Positions 34,620 through 48,442 of a DNA stretch of 64,000 nt are shown here, one piece after another. The notes under the pieces are model-generated. The model made no database searches. It saw only the letters and a list, made by a program, of their open reading frames with translations, and had not been told where the DNA came from. Each line of letters opens with the position of its first letter. The first letter of the stretch is position 1. Where the stretch lies: the NCBI GenBank assembly GCA_964188305.1, contig OZ076896.1; one strand, 5' to 3'. This DNA is from Podarcis bocagei (lineage: Eukaryota). The translations under genes and the position numbers were made by a program.

Positions 34620-37600
34620 AGCCATTCCTTGCATGCCCTCAGTGGTATTGAACAGGTTATCTGATTTGGTGGGTGGGTGCGGGCATCGTCTTGCTGACTA
34701 CGTAATCTACAAACTGATTGAAATCAAGTAGTATGAAGAATAAGGTGCCAAAACAGCAGCAGAGAGGTGAAACAAAAGGGCTTGGAACTCAGAGGAGGAG
34801 GAAATGAAAAGTTCCCTTTGTGGGAGGTTTTCTGAAAGCCCCTAAGTTTTTTTAACAGGACAATTTTCAACTCACTTCCATTTAGAGCAGTAAGAAAGCC
34901 AGAATAAATTTGACAGTAGGGAGTATTTCCCCAAAGAAATATTCCCAAGGGACTGATTTTATGCTTTGAATATCACGTTATTTTAAAAAGAAAATCCCAA
35001 ATATTGCCGGTTCTCCTGATATGAAATGACTGCCACCAGGTTCTCCTGTATTGAACAGGCATAGTTCATAAAGGCCTCTATTCATTCAAAACAATCTGTA
35101 ACCTTTGATGTCACTGAAGCTGCAGAGGGGTAGAAAAGCAGCCGAGGGTCAGGGAGATGGGACTCACCCTTTTCTATTCATCAGAAATTCATCCAGGCCA
35201 TGGGAACTTTCTTAAATTTTCATTTTCAGCACATGGGCCTTGGAGCACTAAATGGCATGGGAAATGTAATTTAAAAAACAACCTGTAATCCTCCACTGCA
35301 GCTACTGAAAGGCTTGGAGAAAGAATTATGGCTGTAGAAATTCTACATAAAGCTATTATTCAGCATAAAAATCCTACTTGTGTTCAAAGCAATATAACGC
35401 TGTTGAATTAGAGCAAACTTTTCCATCTATTGCCGTGATGGAAATACTTGCCCTTTGCATCTTTTCTTAATGCCCCCAAGTATTTCCTGCACTTCTGCTG
35501 AAAGCTTCCTGATTAACTCTTATTGCACGATGCACCATAGCTCACGAGACACAACTAGATCTTGTTTAACCTTTCCTATATTTTTTATGGCATCGGAAGT
35601 ACTGCTAAGCAATTTTTGCAGTGTTCACCTTGCAGCATTATTCATGATGTCCTAAAAAAAATTAAAAATAGACGCATCACCGTCAACACCAAGATTCTGT
35701 CAACATTTCAACATATTCCTTCTTATCACCCACCTTCACACCAGAACATTTACTTGATAGTTCGCTTGCCAATTTCTCCCACAAACCACTTCTGGGCCCT
35801 GTCCTGTTCCAGCTAAACCTTCTGTCAAAACTCACGATTGCCTTCTTATCTTTTAATTTTTTTCTTAAAGTAAAAGCTGCATTAAGAACAGGTCAGAATA
35901 GAGCTCTTTATCTGCCAAAGAAAGCATATTTCCAAAAGAACCAAAAGAGTTCCAATCATATACGAAAGGGAGGTATCAGCAAGCCTAGCAAAACCGCAAG
36001 TACAATAAACTTTAGGGAGCGAGTTTTAAGGGGGACCTGTTCCCCCCATAACAACCTAATGACTGACCCTGTTCAGTGACCACAGAAATGCTAACTGACT
36101 GTCAGGAGGAGGGATGGAAAACCAGGAGGGAGGGGAAATGGGCTTGCGGTATCCTGAACAAGGCATGTTCCACCCTAAAATATTTTAATGCAGACCCTAA
36201 TTATTTTTTATTAGCAATGTTGTATTTTGCTCAGCTGCAAGCTCTTTAATAAAGTGGCTTCTGGATCTCGTAACAAAACAATGTAACATTCTAGAGACAT
36301 CGCCCATTATTTATTTCTGGTAGCTGAATTCCCCCACCCCACCCCCGTTAGTAATTTTGTGGCTGCAGTTTGCCACAAAATGATATTTTGCATCTCATGG
36401 TACAAATGCACCTCAGATGTCCCAGAATTGTTTCAACTGCGTAGAGCGAAGTAAAATGGTGGTAACTGTGTACAGATGTCACACTAACCTTGTGGCATTT
36501 GCAAATATTGTACTGGAGGGCTTACGTTTTAAAAGCAGCAGATGTTGTGGCATAAGTATAACCTTTGGATACGTTAATATAGGATTATAATCTTTTTACT
36601 CGCCTGTTGCTCTTGTCTTTTTCCTGTAATCCTATCATCTCAAAATACTTCCTATTGGATGAGCCAAAAAAATGTACCTGGATAATTCTGTGTTAGAGAG
36701 GCAGCTTGCTCCTGTCTTGTGCAAATCTTATTCCATACTGGAAGACAAAAAAAATTCCCCTTACCCTCTTAGATGTTTTAGTCTCTGGTAAGTGTTTGGT
36801 GCTGCCCAGAGGAAGAATTTGTATTTCAGAATGTTAGCCTGCCTAGACGTCCTCTCTTATATCTAACAACCTGGTACTTCCAGGGCTGTCTACTAGTGTC
36901 CTCTTTTTCTGCATGAAGGAGCTATCAAAATAACCCCTGCAACCTGCAGCCTAGTCCAGGGCTCAGTCAATCCCATTGCACTTTCTCAGCCCCATTCTCA
37001 GGCTTCTTGGGGGGGGGGGTGTCACTTTCTTCACATTCTCAGGTCATCTGGGAAAATTCAAAAAGAAATCTGTCAAGGGTGGGGAACTTTTTAGCAGAAA
37101 GTAGCAACCCAAAGCTTTTCTTTTAAACTTGTTTTCCTCTTGGTTTTATTTAAACAGCTGTGCCACTTAGTTTCTTCAAAATGACTTTTGCTATTGATAG
37201 GAAAATACAGGTTGCTGCTGTCCAAGGTGTTCCAGGGATATTTACCTCAGATGCCTAAATGCTGCCAAGATAGTGAAGGGACAATGTGCTCTACACACAT
37301 CCAGAAGCACCTTCCTCTATTTCAGCCAGGCCACGTGTTCCAGCATTGCCTTTTGAGCTGCTCATTTGTTTTCTCCCCCAGAGCCCAAGTATTTCATTTA
37401 CATCAGTTAACTTCAGTATTATGACAACAGCCACACACCCTTCCCCAATAAATATCCACTGTTGTCCCCCTCTATGTGTCTTGTTTGCGCACCTTTGTCC
37501 ATGCAGGACTGTTTTCAGTTTCATGCCTCCAAAACCTCTCTCAATGTTTTTCACGCACACTAGTGGAAAGTGCTTAATGGGATATATTTGTGCCATGTGC

Positions 37601-37955
37601 TGTTGTCTCCTCCCGTCAATGAGAACTTCCCCACCCACTGTAAACTCCAGAAACCTGAAGTCCATTGTGAGTATGCCCATGATGTTCCTGACAAATCCCC
37701 TATGCAAACGCTGGCTGTGAGGCAGGGAGATTGGGCAACTCCAACAGCAGCCGACAACCCCAGCTTCCAGAGGTGGTAGCAACACCTTCTTCTGGCTATG
37801 TGCCATGTATTCGATTTGGCATTATGCCCACCTGTCAATCAGAACCTACTACAGTCAAGAGCCCTAGGACCGTGTCCCTCATTAGTCCCCGCCCTGTTCT
37901 ACAACAAAATCCAAAAGTTTGACTATGTATATGTTTATCACATATGGTTTAGTCA

Positions 37956-38197
37956 CAGGGGTCAGCAAACTTTTTCAGTAGGGGGCCGGTCCCTCAGACC
38001 TTGTGGGGGCCAGACCATATTTTGAGGGGGGAAATGAATGGATTCCTATGCCCCTCAAATAACCCAGAGATGCATTTTAAATAAAAGTACACATTCTACT
38101 CATATAAAAGCATGCTGATTCCTGGACTGTCCGCGGGCCGGATTTAGAAGGCAATTGGGCCGGATCTGGCCCCCAGGCCTTAATTTGCCTACCCATG
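37956..38197. mobile_element. hAT MITE
   Basis: Ends CAGGGGTCAGCAAAC / ATTTGCCTACCCATG with approximate TSD GTTTAGT. Inverted homolog at 41861-42184. Confidence 0.85.
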
Positions 38198-38429
38198 GTT
38201 TAGTGTTTAGCACACCCCCATTGTGCTATATGTCCCTTAAACAGACAGCTTAGTTGGATTTGTGAGCTGTACTGGTTTCTGGATACACTCAAGGGGTGAT
38301 TGTTTCCCTACTTATGCTATGCTCCTGAGTCTTTAAAATCCTGGGAGATTAGATGAGAAACAGGCTAAAAATGCCAAGCAAGATACTGAATGGATGGCAG
38401 TGTGGCTACTGCATCCCTTGCCCTAAGTA

Positions 38430-38598
38430 CCGTATTTTTTGCACCATAACACTCACTTTTTTCCTCCTAAAAAGTAAGGGGAAATGTCTGTGCGTGTTAT
38501 GGAGGGAATGCCTACGGGTGGCATGCCTACGGATTTTCCTCCTCTAAAAACTACGTGTGTGTTATGGTCGGGTGCATGTTATAGAGCAAAAAATATGG
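38430..38598. mobile_element. Tc1/mariner-type MITE
   Basis: TA-flanked. TIRs CCGTATTTTTTGCACCATAACA / TGTTATAGAGCAAAAAATATGG. Confidence 0.8.
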
Positions 38599-40589
38599 TA
38601 ACTAATAAGCTGGTGGGGGAAGAAGGAGAGAGAGATGATGGGTCACCCATTGCTCTAGACTACCCTACTGGTTTGGTGCTGGAGCAGCATGTTGCCATCC
38701 ACCCAGTTCACTCCACCAAGTCAGGAGTCTACCAACTGGGCTTCAGATACAATAAAGAGAAAGAAATTTCATTTGTGTTTAACCACAGTTAGCTATCAGT
38801 CTAGGCGGCAAAAGAGAATACACTGCTCAGATCAGGCTTCAGCAGATGCATTCACAAAACCTAAGAAACAGGTGTCTATCTCAAGATGGAAAAGACAACA
38901 AGCATATGTTCCAAAAGTCACATTGCTATCCAAAAGTTTCTAAGAGTTCTGAGTGTGGTGAACATGCAATCCTTCCAATGCTACATTTCAATGCCCTCAT
39001 AAGACATGAAAATATATACTTCCATATTCTTAAGGAGAATACAGAAACCCACCCTGGGATAAAATGCATTCTGAAATTTGCGTTCTGCTAAGCATGTATT
39101 CTCTTACTTTGACAAATGCCATCATTAAAATGTGTATTGTTAGTAACAATGTTGTTGAATGCAACCACAGAGAATGGGTACGTCTTTGAAATTAAAAGCC
39201 AAGGGAATTAACTGGGGAGTCATAAATCACAACTGGGAAGCATGATACACCACTGGCTTTAGCCATGCTCCATGCCCACAATGCTGGCCAGTTCATGTAG
39301 TTAGGGCAGTCCGATACTACAAGGGCAGCCAGCTATACAAACTATGGAGATTTACTTGGCAAGCAAAACTCCAGCTTTTTCTTTATTTTTAATATTTTAA
39401 TTAAGATGGCTAGAATTGTTACATAAATGCCAGGCCAACTTCCGTTTAAAAATAACCATCCAAGTTTAAAAAAAACAGCAGCAAAGATCAGGAACATTTA
39501 TCAGAAAGGTTCATGATTCTGATAAATATTTAAGTGTGCAAGGCAGAACCATTGAGAACAGTAAATACTTTATAGCTGGCACTTTGTCAAAACTCTAAGT
39601 GGCTCTGCCTTAGAATTTTACATCATCATTGAATTTACAGTCATTTGATAAGTGGCACAAGGTAAGAATTACTTCTTTCTAAATCTAAACCAAGCCATAA
39701 ATCTAACACAAGGGTTCCTCTCATTGTCCGTTATCGTCTGATGACAATGCCTTTTACCTTCATTGTCTTGACAGAAATATGATATGTAAAACTGTAATGT
39801 CACATCACTCACAGTGATTTAACACTATCCAGCCCAAACCATTTTAATCAATCAAAAGTGTCGCTTTTTAGTGTAATGATTTTGTGGTGGATTCCCTGTG
39901 TTTAATGTGATATATAAGTCATATCAGTGACTTGATTTACTGTTTTATTCCAGAGTCTTAACAGCTCAGAAGGCCATTCTTGCCTCCTTCAGAAACCTTC
40001 AGAGTTAGAAAACGAGTATCACTTGAAGCACTTTAAAAAAAACAACATAATTATTGTAAAAGTTAATTGAAGGGGGGTGTAACCAGAGACTACAGGGAAG
40101 GGGAGAAAATGCAATTGAAGGCAGAAAAGAATCCATCAGGTAGTTTTTATGCTGTATGAATGGCCACTAGCTCAGTATAAAACTGCCCTAATAATATTTA
40201 CTTGGGAATATCCTCCATGGAAATTAAAAAGGAGTTACTTCAAAGTCAGTATGCATAGGATCTCAGCCAAAAGCCCACAGCTGAGGCAGGTCATCTCTGT
40301 AAACAAACAAAAAACCACTCTCCATTTACAGGAAGTTAGTGACCAGAGTGAGCCAGTAGGAGTGTGTTGTAAATGGCAAAGAGGGGTGGATCTGTGGATA
40401 TTGGGATGAGTTCATGGCTTGAACTCATTTTCTCTTTGCTGGGTTGTTCTTTTCTCTTTGTTCAGGCTCCTACATCACCTGAGCTGAGCTGTTATATATT
40501 CCCCCCCCCCCTTTTGCCGGTTTGGCAAGCTGGAGAGCTTGCACTGACAAATCATTCAAAATAGGGAAGAATTCAAAGTTGCGCTAAGT

Positions 40590-41035
40590 GCCTCAGTTGA
40601 AGGTCAAGCAGCTTGATGTGGCTGATAAAAAAACATGATGAACTTGTAAGGCTGTGTTAACATAAGCACAGAATCCAGATCATAAGAGGAAATAGTTTTG
40701 CTCTATTCTCTGCCGGTCAGACCACATACAGCATCCAATTAAGAGTGCCACATTTTAAGTAAGACGTTGACAAACTAGAGCACATCAAAAGGGTGGTAAC
40801 AAAGATGGTGTGGGATCTGGAAACCAAGTCATGTAGCAAACAGTTGAAATAGTTGGGTATGATTAATCTGGAGAAGATAAGGTGGATATGGGACATCGTG
40901 ATGGTGGTGAAGGGCTGCCATGCAGAAAGATGGAGCAGACTTACTGCTTGTTTCTCCAGAGGGCAGACCGAGAACCAACAGGTATAAGTTTCAGGAAACA
41001 AGTTTAGGCTAAACATTAGATGAATCTTCCTAAAG
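40590..41035 (+). mobile_element. Degenerate CR1 ORF2 fragment
   Basis: Decayed translation LYSLPVRPH...PHFK.DVDKLEHIKRVVTKMV.DLETK...KGCHAERW...RLNIR. Confidence 0.75.
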
Positions 41036-41123
41036 AGCTACTGAAGTGGTGTACAAGATATAAAGTAAGATTTAAACAAAAACAAAAAAGCATACAGACT
41101 GCAACACAGTAATACAATTTATA

Positions 41124-41475
41124 GTAAAGGTAAAGGTACCCCTGACCACTAGGTCCAGTCGTGACTGACTCTGGGGTTGTGGCACTCATCTCGCTTTATT
41201 GGCTGAAGGAGCCGGCGTACAGCTTCCGGGTCATGTGGCCAGCATGACTAAGCCGCTTCTGGCGAACCAGAGCAGCACACGGAAATGCCGTTTACCTTCC
41301 CACCGGAGTGGTACCTATTTATCTACTTGCACTTTGACGTGCTTTCGAACTGCTAGGTTGGCAGGAGCAGGGACTGAACAACGGGAGCTCACCCCGTTGC
41401 AGGGATTCGAACTGCCAACCTTCTGATCGGCAAGTCTTAGGCTCTGTGGTTTAACCCACAGTGCCACCCGCGTCC
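41124..41475 (-). mobile_element. Sauria SINE
   Basis: Full length. TSD ACAATTTATA (41114-41123 / 41479-41488). Confidence 0.95.
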
Positions 41476-41860
41476 AAAACAATTTATACACATGTTCAAT
41501 TAATGTTCCATAATATTACTAATCACTCTTCAAGGAAAACCTTCTTAAAGTGAAAGCATTTCAGCAGCCATCTAAGCATCAAGATGCTTGGCACCTGCTT
41601 AATTTCAGCTGGCAATTGATTCCAGAGGGCTAAGCTGCTGCAACACTAAAAGTTCAGTTTCTAGTAAAAACTAAGTGTGCCTCTGGGGCAGTGCTTCATC
41701 TGAGGAGAGCAGTTTCCAGGCAGGGGACATTTACTTAAGTAATCTGGCCCCTGAAGCAAATCCGTGAACTGTGCCTGGTAGCATAGTTGCAGCCACAGCA
41801 GCTCCCTCGGAACAGATGTCATATGCTGATGATGGCATAACCCCAGTCAACAACCTAGCT

Positions 41861-42184
41861 CATGGGTAGGCAAACTAAGACCTTGAGGCCGGATCCAGCC
41901 CAATCGCCTTCTAAATCTGGCCCGCTGATGGTCCGGGAATCAGCGTGTTTTTACATGAGTAGAATGTGTTTTTTATTTAAAATGCATCTCTGGGTTATTT
42001 GTGGGGCCTGCCTGGTGTTTTTACATGAGTCGAATGTGTGCTTTTGTTTAAAATGCATCTCTGGGTTGTTTGTGGGGCATAGGAATTCATTCTCCCCCCC
42101 CCAAAAAAAAAATATAGTCCGGCCCCCTACAAGGTCTGAGGGGCAGTGGACTGGCCCCCTGCTGAAAAAGTTTGGTGACCCCTG
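41861..42184. mobile_element. hAT MITE with internal ~70-bp tandem duplication
   Basis: Ends CATGGGTAGGCAAAC / GTTTGGTGACCCCTG. Perfect 8-bp TSD ACCTAGCT (41853-41860 / 42185-42192). Confidence 0.92.
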
Positions 42185-45100
42185 ACCTAGCTGCTGGTTG
42201 CAACTTCTGAGTTAAGCCCAAAGGAAGCCCCACATAGAGGTAATCTGGTTTCAAGCATACTAATGCCAAAATTACCAATATTCTTCGTAGCTCAAAGTTC
42301 CAGCTCCTTCCTGAAAGAGGGCTGTTGTCTTCAAGCCCTGCTTGTGAGCTTCCTGAAAGTATCTGGTGCCCCCTGTCAGAAGGAAGATGCTGGGAGACTC
42401 TTCTGATTGTAACCTCCCTGCACTCAAGCTATTTATATTACTTTGGGGGTTCAGCAGATGCCACTCAACTTTTTTAGAATACTGTAGCTATTGTCCATGT
42501 TGATCCTGCAGCATTTGCCTCTGTGCTTTAGTCATATTCTGTGCTTCTGCCCACATGTGCAATCTAACCATGGATTACAGTCCTCGCATAAACTAAGAAT
42601 AATGCAGGTATTTTATGGCAAATAATGTATAAACCAACCCCAAAATACAACAGAGACGAGCACCCAGCTGAAGGTTATACAATTAAACTACAGAGCAGTT
42701 GGAAATGGGACCACTTCCCTGATGTATTTTGCTTTACAGTTTAGGAGACAAATCTGTTAAGGTCAAGATAAGCATCACAAAGGTGTCACCTTCAGTAGGA
42801 CTGATCATTCAGCAATAGCTCGCAGAATTGCTGAGGCCCAAACAAAATTGGCCCCAACTGAAAAACAAATTTCCCATGTAAAGTACTTGAGCTCACACAA
42901 ATCCAGAAGCACAAAGAAAGTTTCACCTACTTAGTCAAGATCAGCTTGATAACCATGACAGTTTATTGGTTTTCAATGCATCCTTTCTTGATAAAATTGA
43001 ACTGCTGTAGGCAGTTTAAAAAACCCCAGTGTGCTTTACGTAGGATTAAAAGTGTCCAAACTAGTTGCAGAGGTTGTATTTTTCACTCTTTGCTGCTCCT
43101 TCTGCAATAGCCACCTGAAAGTCATATTTTATTAAACAAAAAAATTCTTTCTTGCCTATAGGGCTTAATGAAAGATTCCAAGACAGGCTGGAAAAATACG
43201 TGCTGGCCTTCTGAGTTGTCAAATGTTAACTGTGTCAACTATGGACACATTTCAAATAGAAGATAAAAATTAAATGATTCTCTGGCAGAATAAAGTTATA
43301 TCCCCAGAAAGGTTAAATACATCTCAATCATCAGCTGTCAAAAAAAATAATCATAGGTTCACCCCCCCCCCCTTAGCACAAGCTAGGAACTTCTATTTGC
43401 TACAAGGCATAAAGTTATTTGTCTAATGAAAGCAACAGCTATAAAACTATATTACTCTACTGCAGTTTTAAGCACCAATGTTCTGAGGTTTGCCAGGCAA
43501 CCGTTTTTGTATTTCATAACTCCATAGTGATACATCAAAAGGTTCCCTGATATGATGCTGCTCAGCTAGTCACAAGGCTTATAATGCCAAAGTGAGTTGA
43601 AACTGCAAACAAATATGGATGTTGCAAGACACTGCAGCATGCCACCACAGCTGCGGAAGACATCGCTAAGAAATAGCTGCCATATACATAGAGATCTCAG
43701 GTCATCTGAGATGGGTCCTTGGGGGCTGTGAACAACAGGAACCAGCCCTACACGACTGATCACATCAGCAAAGCCATATCTTTGTCCAACTAGTCCTAAT
43801 GACTCACTGAAAGAAAATTATATTAAGTACACTTACTTGCATGCTGCCCAGTGCATTATTACTACTTGCTTTTTCAAACAGTGAAACCATTGAGACTATT
43901 TGGGTAAACCTGCCTCAACTTTCCATGGGAGCACCGGGTCTCTAAAGGGAAATCTGAAACAACTATCAGCCGATGAAATGAAAATAAATAGTGTACCGAA
44001 ATATTGCACTAATCACATAAATTCCAACGCTGACCTTAAAATAATTAAAAATTGATGCTTTGAGCCTAATAGGGCTGTGCAATCATATTTAAATCTAATA
44101 ACTTCTTAGAAAGAGAGAACTTGTATCAAAAGGTCACAACACACTTTAATTGCATGACAGTCTATTTACTCTTTATTCCCGAAGTGAAAAAGTCTAATTT
44201 CTAAAAGACCAAACCAATAATTACCTATTATGAAACTATTTTAGTCAATATCTAATTTCTAGATATTGATTAGTATTTAGACATTTAAAAGATACCCTAT
44301 AGCAACAACAATATATTTATCAGACTACTCTTTTTGTCCGTACTGACTCTTGTAAGCATTAATGATATTGATTAGAGGCATATGACCAAAAGGTCAAAAT
44401 ATTCAGTCACTTAGTTATTTCAGCAACGGAATTATTTCTACAAGTGAATTCTGCCTTTGGAGTTATTTGTGTACAGCTTTACAAAACACTGGAAGGCATA
44501 ACAAAAGCAACAGTTTACTTAAAAAAAAAAAACTTCATGAATTTCAAAATGTGAAATTGAAACAAAAAAAGATGTCAGTGTGCTAATTCAAATTTATGGG
44601 AACTCCCTCCAGAGTGCACAGGACAACAACAAGCATACAACTGTACAATGCTCAACCATAAAAGCCATTGATATAAGCCATAGCCTATGCAATAGCACAA
44701 ATCATGGCAGCCAGCTATACGACAGTGAGAGAGGGTGATGGGAAATGGCAGTTATATTGCTAGATAACCAATTGTTCTGAAGCAAGCGTTACTTCAAACC
44801 ATCATGTTTATACTGCATGAGAAAGATACTGACAAAATACCTTGCTTATTGTTCTGCTGCATGCATGATCCAAGGTGTTCATGTGCACAGACGTGCACAG
44901 TGTAAAGTGTTTGCATAGGGTCTTGCTTTTGTAGTTTTCACAAAAAGGCCTGTTCACCATGAGGACATTGTGTTCAATAAACTCATGAGGATTAAGACAG
45001 ACTTGTCCCCTGCTATGCTTGGCATGCAGTGCTGGCTGCAAGAGGGACCTGGGAACCAGTGGACCCAATTCTGCTCTGGGAAAGTGTGGTGAGAGTTGAG

Positions 45101-45239
45101 AATTATTATTATTATTATACATATTTGTATACCACCCTTATTACCAAGGCAATGTACAGCATAACAGAAACAATACATGAATATCTAAAGTTTTTCATAG
45201 GTCATATCTAAGCATCAATAGAAACTGGCATTAGAACAG

Positions 45240-45394
45240 CCTGGACAGCTCAGTTGGTTAGAACATGGTGCTGATCATGCTAAGATTGCAGGTTTGATCC
45301 CCATATGGGACAGCCGCATATTCCAGCATTGCAGGGGGTTACCTTAGAGGACCCTCAGGCTCACTTCCAACTCTACAATTCTATGATTCTATGA
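45240..45394 (+). mobile_element. tRNA(Ile)-headed SINE with CR1-type tail
   Basis: AGCTCAGTTGGTTAGAACATGGTGCTGAT..GGTTTGATCCCC resembles tRNA-Ile, followed by CTTCCAACTCTAC(ATTCTATG)n. Confidence 0.75.
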
Positions 45395-46563
45395 TCAGAT
45401 GTCCGGGGGGAGGGAGGGCTAAATAAACTGATAACTTTTTACTAACTTGTTAATATTGCTGCCTGCCCTATTTCCAGAGGATGACCTGTCCACAATGTGG
45501 GTGCCACCATGAAGAAAGGCAACCTTCCAAGTTGCCATCAGATAAATTTCCATTGTCCGTAGGATACACCACAAGAAGTAAATTGGTTTCTTCTAATGAC
45601 TTCTTTTGATGTATTTTAATTTGTTATTGTCCATTTTTAAAAAATGTAAGTCACTTTGAGACAAAAAATATAATTTTAGTAAGCTAAGCAACAAATAAAA
45701 AAAAAAATCCTCAAGGAGGGGATGGTGTTCCTTCAGATAACCACTAGAAAAATGAAGGGGTTTTTGGGGGGGCACAAAATTTTGGGGACAGCAAAAGGAG
45801 AAGGGCAGCAAAATTCAAAATCCTTCCCAGCATGGGTGGGGGAGGGGGGAAAGACCAAGAGAGAGAATAAGGTGCAGTGTGTCATGTGAAGACGAGGGCA
45901 AGGACTCAGAATTCACCTAATGTAGGGTGAAAAATACCGTTATATGCTGGCACTGGGTAGGGGAACCAGCAGCTGAACTAAAAGAGGTCTTCTAGGTTTC
46001 TCCTTCTTTGGGATTGTAGTTTTCTATACCTTGCAATTCAGGAGCACCTACTTGCCCCCTGCCCCTTAAAATCCACTGCATTTTTATAGTGGAGCAGCAG
46101 ATCAATATGATCAAACCGTGGGTTTAGAATGCTACTTCTATCAGAGAACAGTTGATAATAATGGCTGCTCATTTAAAAATACGGAGTGTATAGTGAGCGA
46201 AAAGACTGCTGTATTCATCATGCTGTAAAACAGTCTTAAGAACTTTTCACTTGGTATCAGGGGGATTTGCAGAATGTTGTAAAACCATATTGGCATTAAT
46301 TGTAAAGGTTAATGAAACATTTTTACAACAGCAACAAAGTTCAAACAAAGTACTTCCCTACTTTACACACACTTATACATAAATACCTGCTGTACTATAA
46401 AACATTCTTGTCAAGTAAAACTCATAGGAGATATCAAAGTGTTTTTATTACAGATGGGTGAAAAAGGCTTTAAGAATTTCAACTTTACACCTGTGTGGCT
46501 TATATAACTAACTGGAGATGACAGAGGAAGCCGGCAATCAAATTTGCTGAAAATAAGCCAGTA

Positions 46564-46805
46564 CAGTGGTACTTCGGGTTACATACGCTTTGGGTTACAT
46601 ATGCTTCAGGTTACAGACTCCGCTAACCCAGAAATAGTGCTTCAGGTTAAGAACTTTGCTCCAGGATGAGAACAGAAATTGTGCTCCGGCGGCGCAGCAG
46701 CAGCAGGAGGCCCCATTAGCTAAAGTGGTGCTTCAGGTTAAGAACAGTTTCAGGTTAAGTATGGACCTCCGGAACAAATTAAGTACTTAACCCGAGGTAC
46801 CACTG
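46564..46805. mobile_element. Tc1/mariner (Tigger-like) MITE
   Basis: TA-flanked. TIRs CAGTGGTACTTCGGGTTA / TAACCCGAGGTACCACTG. Further copies at 57845 and 58775. Confidence 0.92.
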
Positions 46806-47492
46806 TACTAGATGTGTTTTTAAGGGGGGCGTTTTTAAGGAGCACTGCTACTGTGAGATCTGCTCAATGCCTTCCCACTGCTCCACTGCAGTCAACAATG
46901 AGCACAGCTTAGGCAGAAGGGATAGGGATCCACCCAGGGCCCCTTCTGAAAATGAATAGTGCTCTTCAGTTACTCCATTTGAACTCCTGAGAAACCTTGA
47001 GAATCCCATTGCTCTGCACGTTCAAGAAGGCCCAGTTTCTTCTGTTGCCTGCTAACCTATCCTTGAAAGGAGAAACTCACCTCAGAGGCCAGGAATGGGA
47101 AGCAGGTGAAGCTAGTTCCCATGAAGATGAGAAAAGCTATGCCCATCTCTACTCTGCTTGAAAGAATTGGAGCAAGAGTGCTTGCATGACTGGAGTGCTC
47201 CTGCACTGGTTCTCATACTCAGCTCTGATGCTGGAAAGGATCTGGGCAGAAACAGAGGGAGAGTACTGTCTCCAAGAGCATAAAGAAACTGATTCAACAT
47301 CAACAAGAGAAGGCAAGGTGACATATTCTCCAAGTGCCCCGGTTTTTCAGCAAGAGTCCCCAAATTACAAAAGCATGGCTTCTTATTTGATCCTGGAATG
47401 TCCTCATTTCTCCTGTCAGTGCCACTGCCATCAAGCTTGGGGGTGAGCGTGAGCTGGCACTTGTTCTGAGCAATGGTGGAGGCTGAGAGGGA

Positions 47493-47647
47493 CATAGCTG
47501 TCAATTTTCAGATTTGAAAATAAGGGATCAGCAGCCTCACCTGTCCCAGGGACAGTCTACGGGATATCTAACAATCCAGGACAGCAGCGGGAAGCAGCAC
47601 TGAAATAAGGGAATTTCCTGCAAAAAAAGGGAAGGTTGACAGCTTTG
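47493..47647. mobile_element. hAT MITE
   Basis: TIRs CATAGCTGTCAA / TTGACAGCTTTG. Flanks GAGAGGGA/GCAAGGGA (6/8). Lies inside older hAT-like remnants (~47325-47918). Confidence 0.7.
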
Positions 47648-47991
47648 GCAAGGGAGCATCCATCCTATTACCTCCCCATGGCCGCTATTGCCAGCCTCCT
47701 CCCTTTGGCAGCTTGTAGCAGCTGCTGGAGAGTGGACAAGGAGGACGAGAGGCTGCCACCGATGCAAAGGCCCAGTTTTGTGTGACACACCAACTCTGAG
47801 GTGTAGGCAGAGAGCAGGGTGGTGAAAATGCTGTGTGGGAAGGGGGAATGGGGTGGGTCAGTTTGGGAGGAGAGTGAGAAATGTCCCTATTTTCATCTGA
47901 GAATACGTAACAGCTGCAGGTGTGGTAGAAGCAAAAGCAGCCGCCTCTGTGATTCTTTTTCCTCAGGGAACAGCTATAAGGGGGCAGGGAG

Positions 47992-48442
47992 TGTTAGGAG
48001 TTCAGCCTACACTCGAGTCGGAACCTGGCAGAGACACATGCCCAACTGGCGTGTTCTCTCCCTCCTGGTTGATCGTTCGTGAGCTTCATAAGCTTTCTTC
48101 TGCCCAAACATCACAGCGACCGATGCCAACCAACGCCGGCACAATTAGAGATCCGCAGAGTCTTCACAGCTTTGCGTAACAGACCTCAGCAACTCAGCAT
48201 TTTGGCTAATCTACTTTATTTACATATAAACACACACGCAGCACTGCAACATGGCTCCCTCTCTCGCTAGCATCAGACAGCAAAGAGAGGAAAAAACACA
48301 AAGGACAATAGTCCCACTTCACGGAACACAGTAACACAAACATCCTGTTTCCGTCACTTCCCACTCTGTGGAGTCAAAACACATACCATCATGTGAAAGA
48401 CAACAATCCTATGACTGCAATCATGGATCAGGAATTCTAACA
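47992..48442 (-). mobile_element. Solo LTR (451 bp)
   Basis: TGTTAG...CTAACA termini, perfect 5-bp TSD GGGAG (47987-47991 / 48443-48447), AATAAA on the minus strand. Confidence 0.9.

Noticed and set aside
36773-36787. Plus-strand 15-nt microexon-like string (cttag|ATGTTTTAGTCTCTG|gtaagt)
   Set aside because: Isolated, opposite to the other exon candidates and with no supporting gene context. Likely chance.
37291-37806. 171-aa minus-strand ORF and overlapping plus-strand ORFs
   Set aside because: No recognisable domain, and overlapping ORFs on both strands suggest chance open frames.
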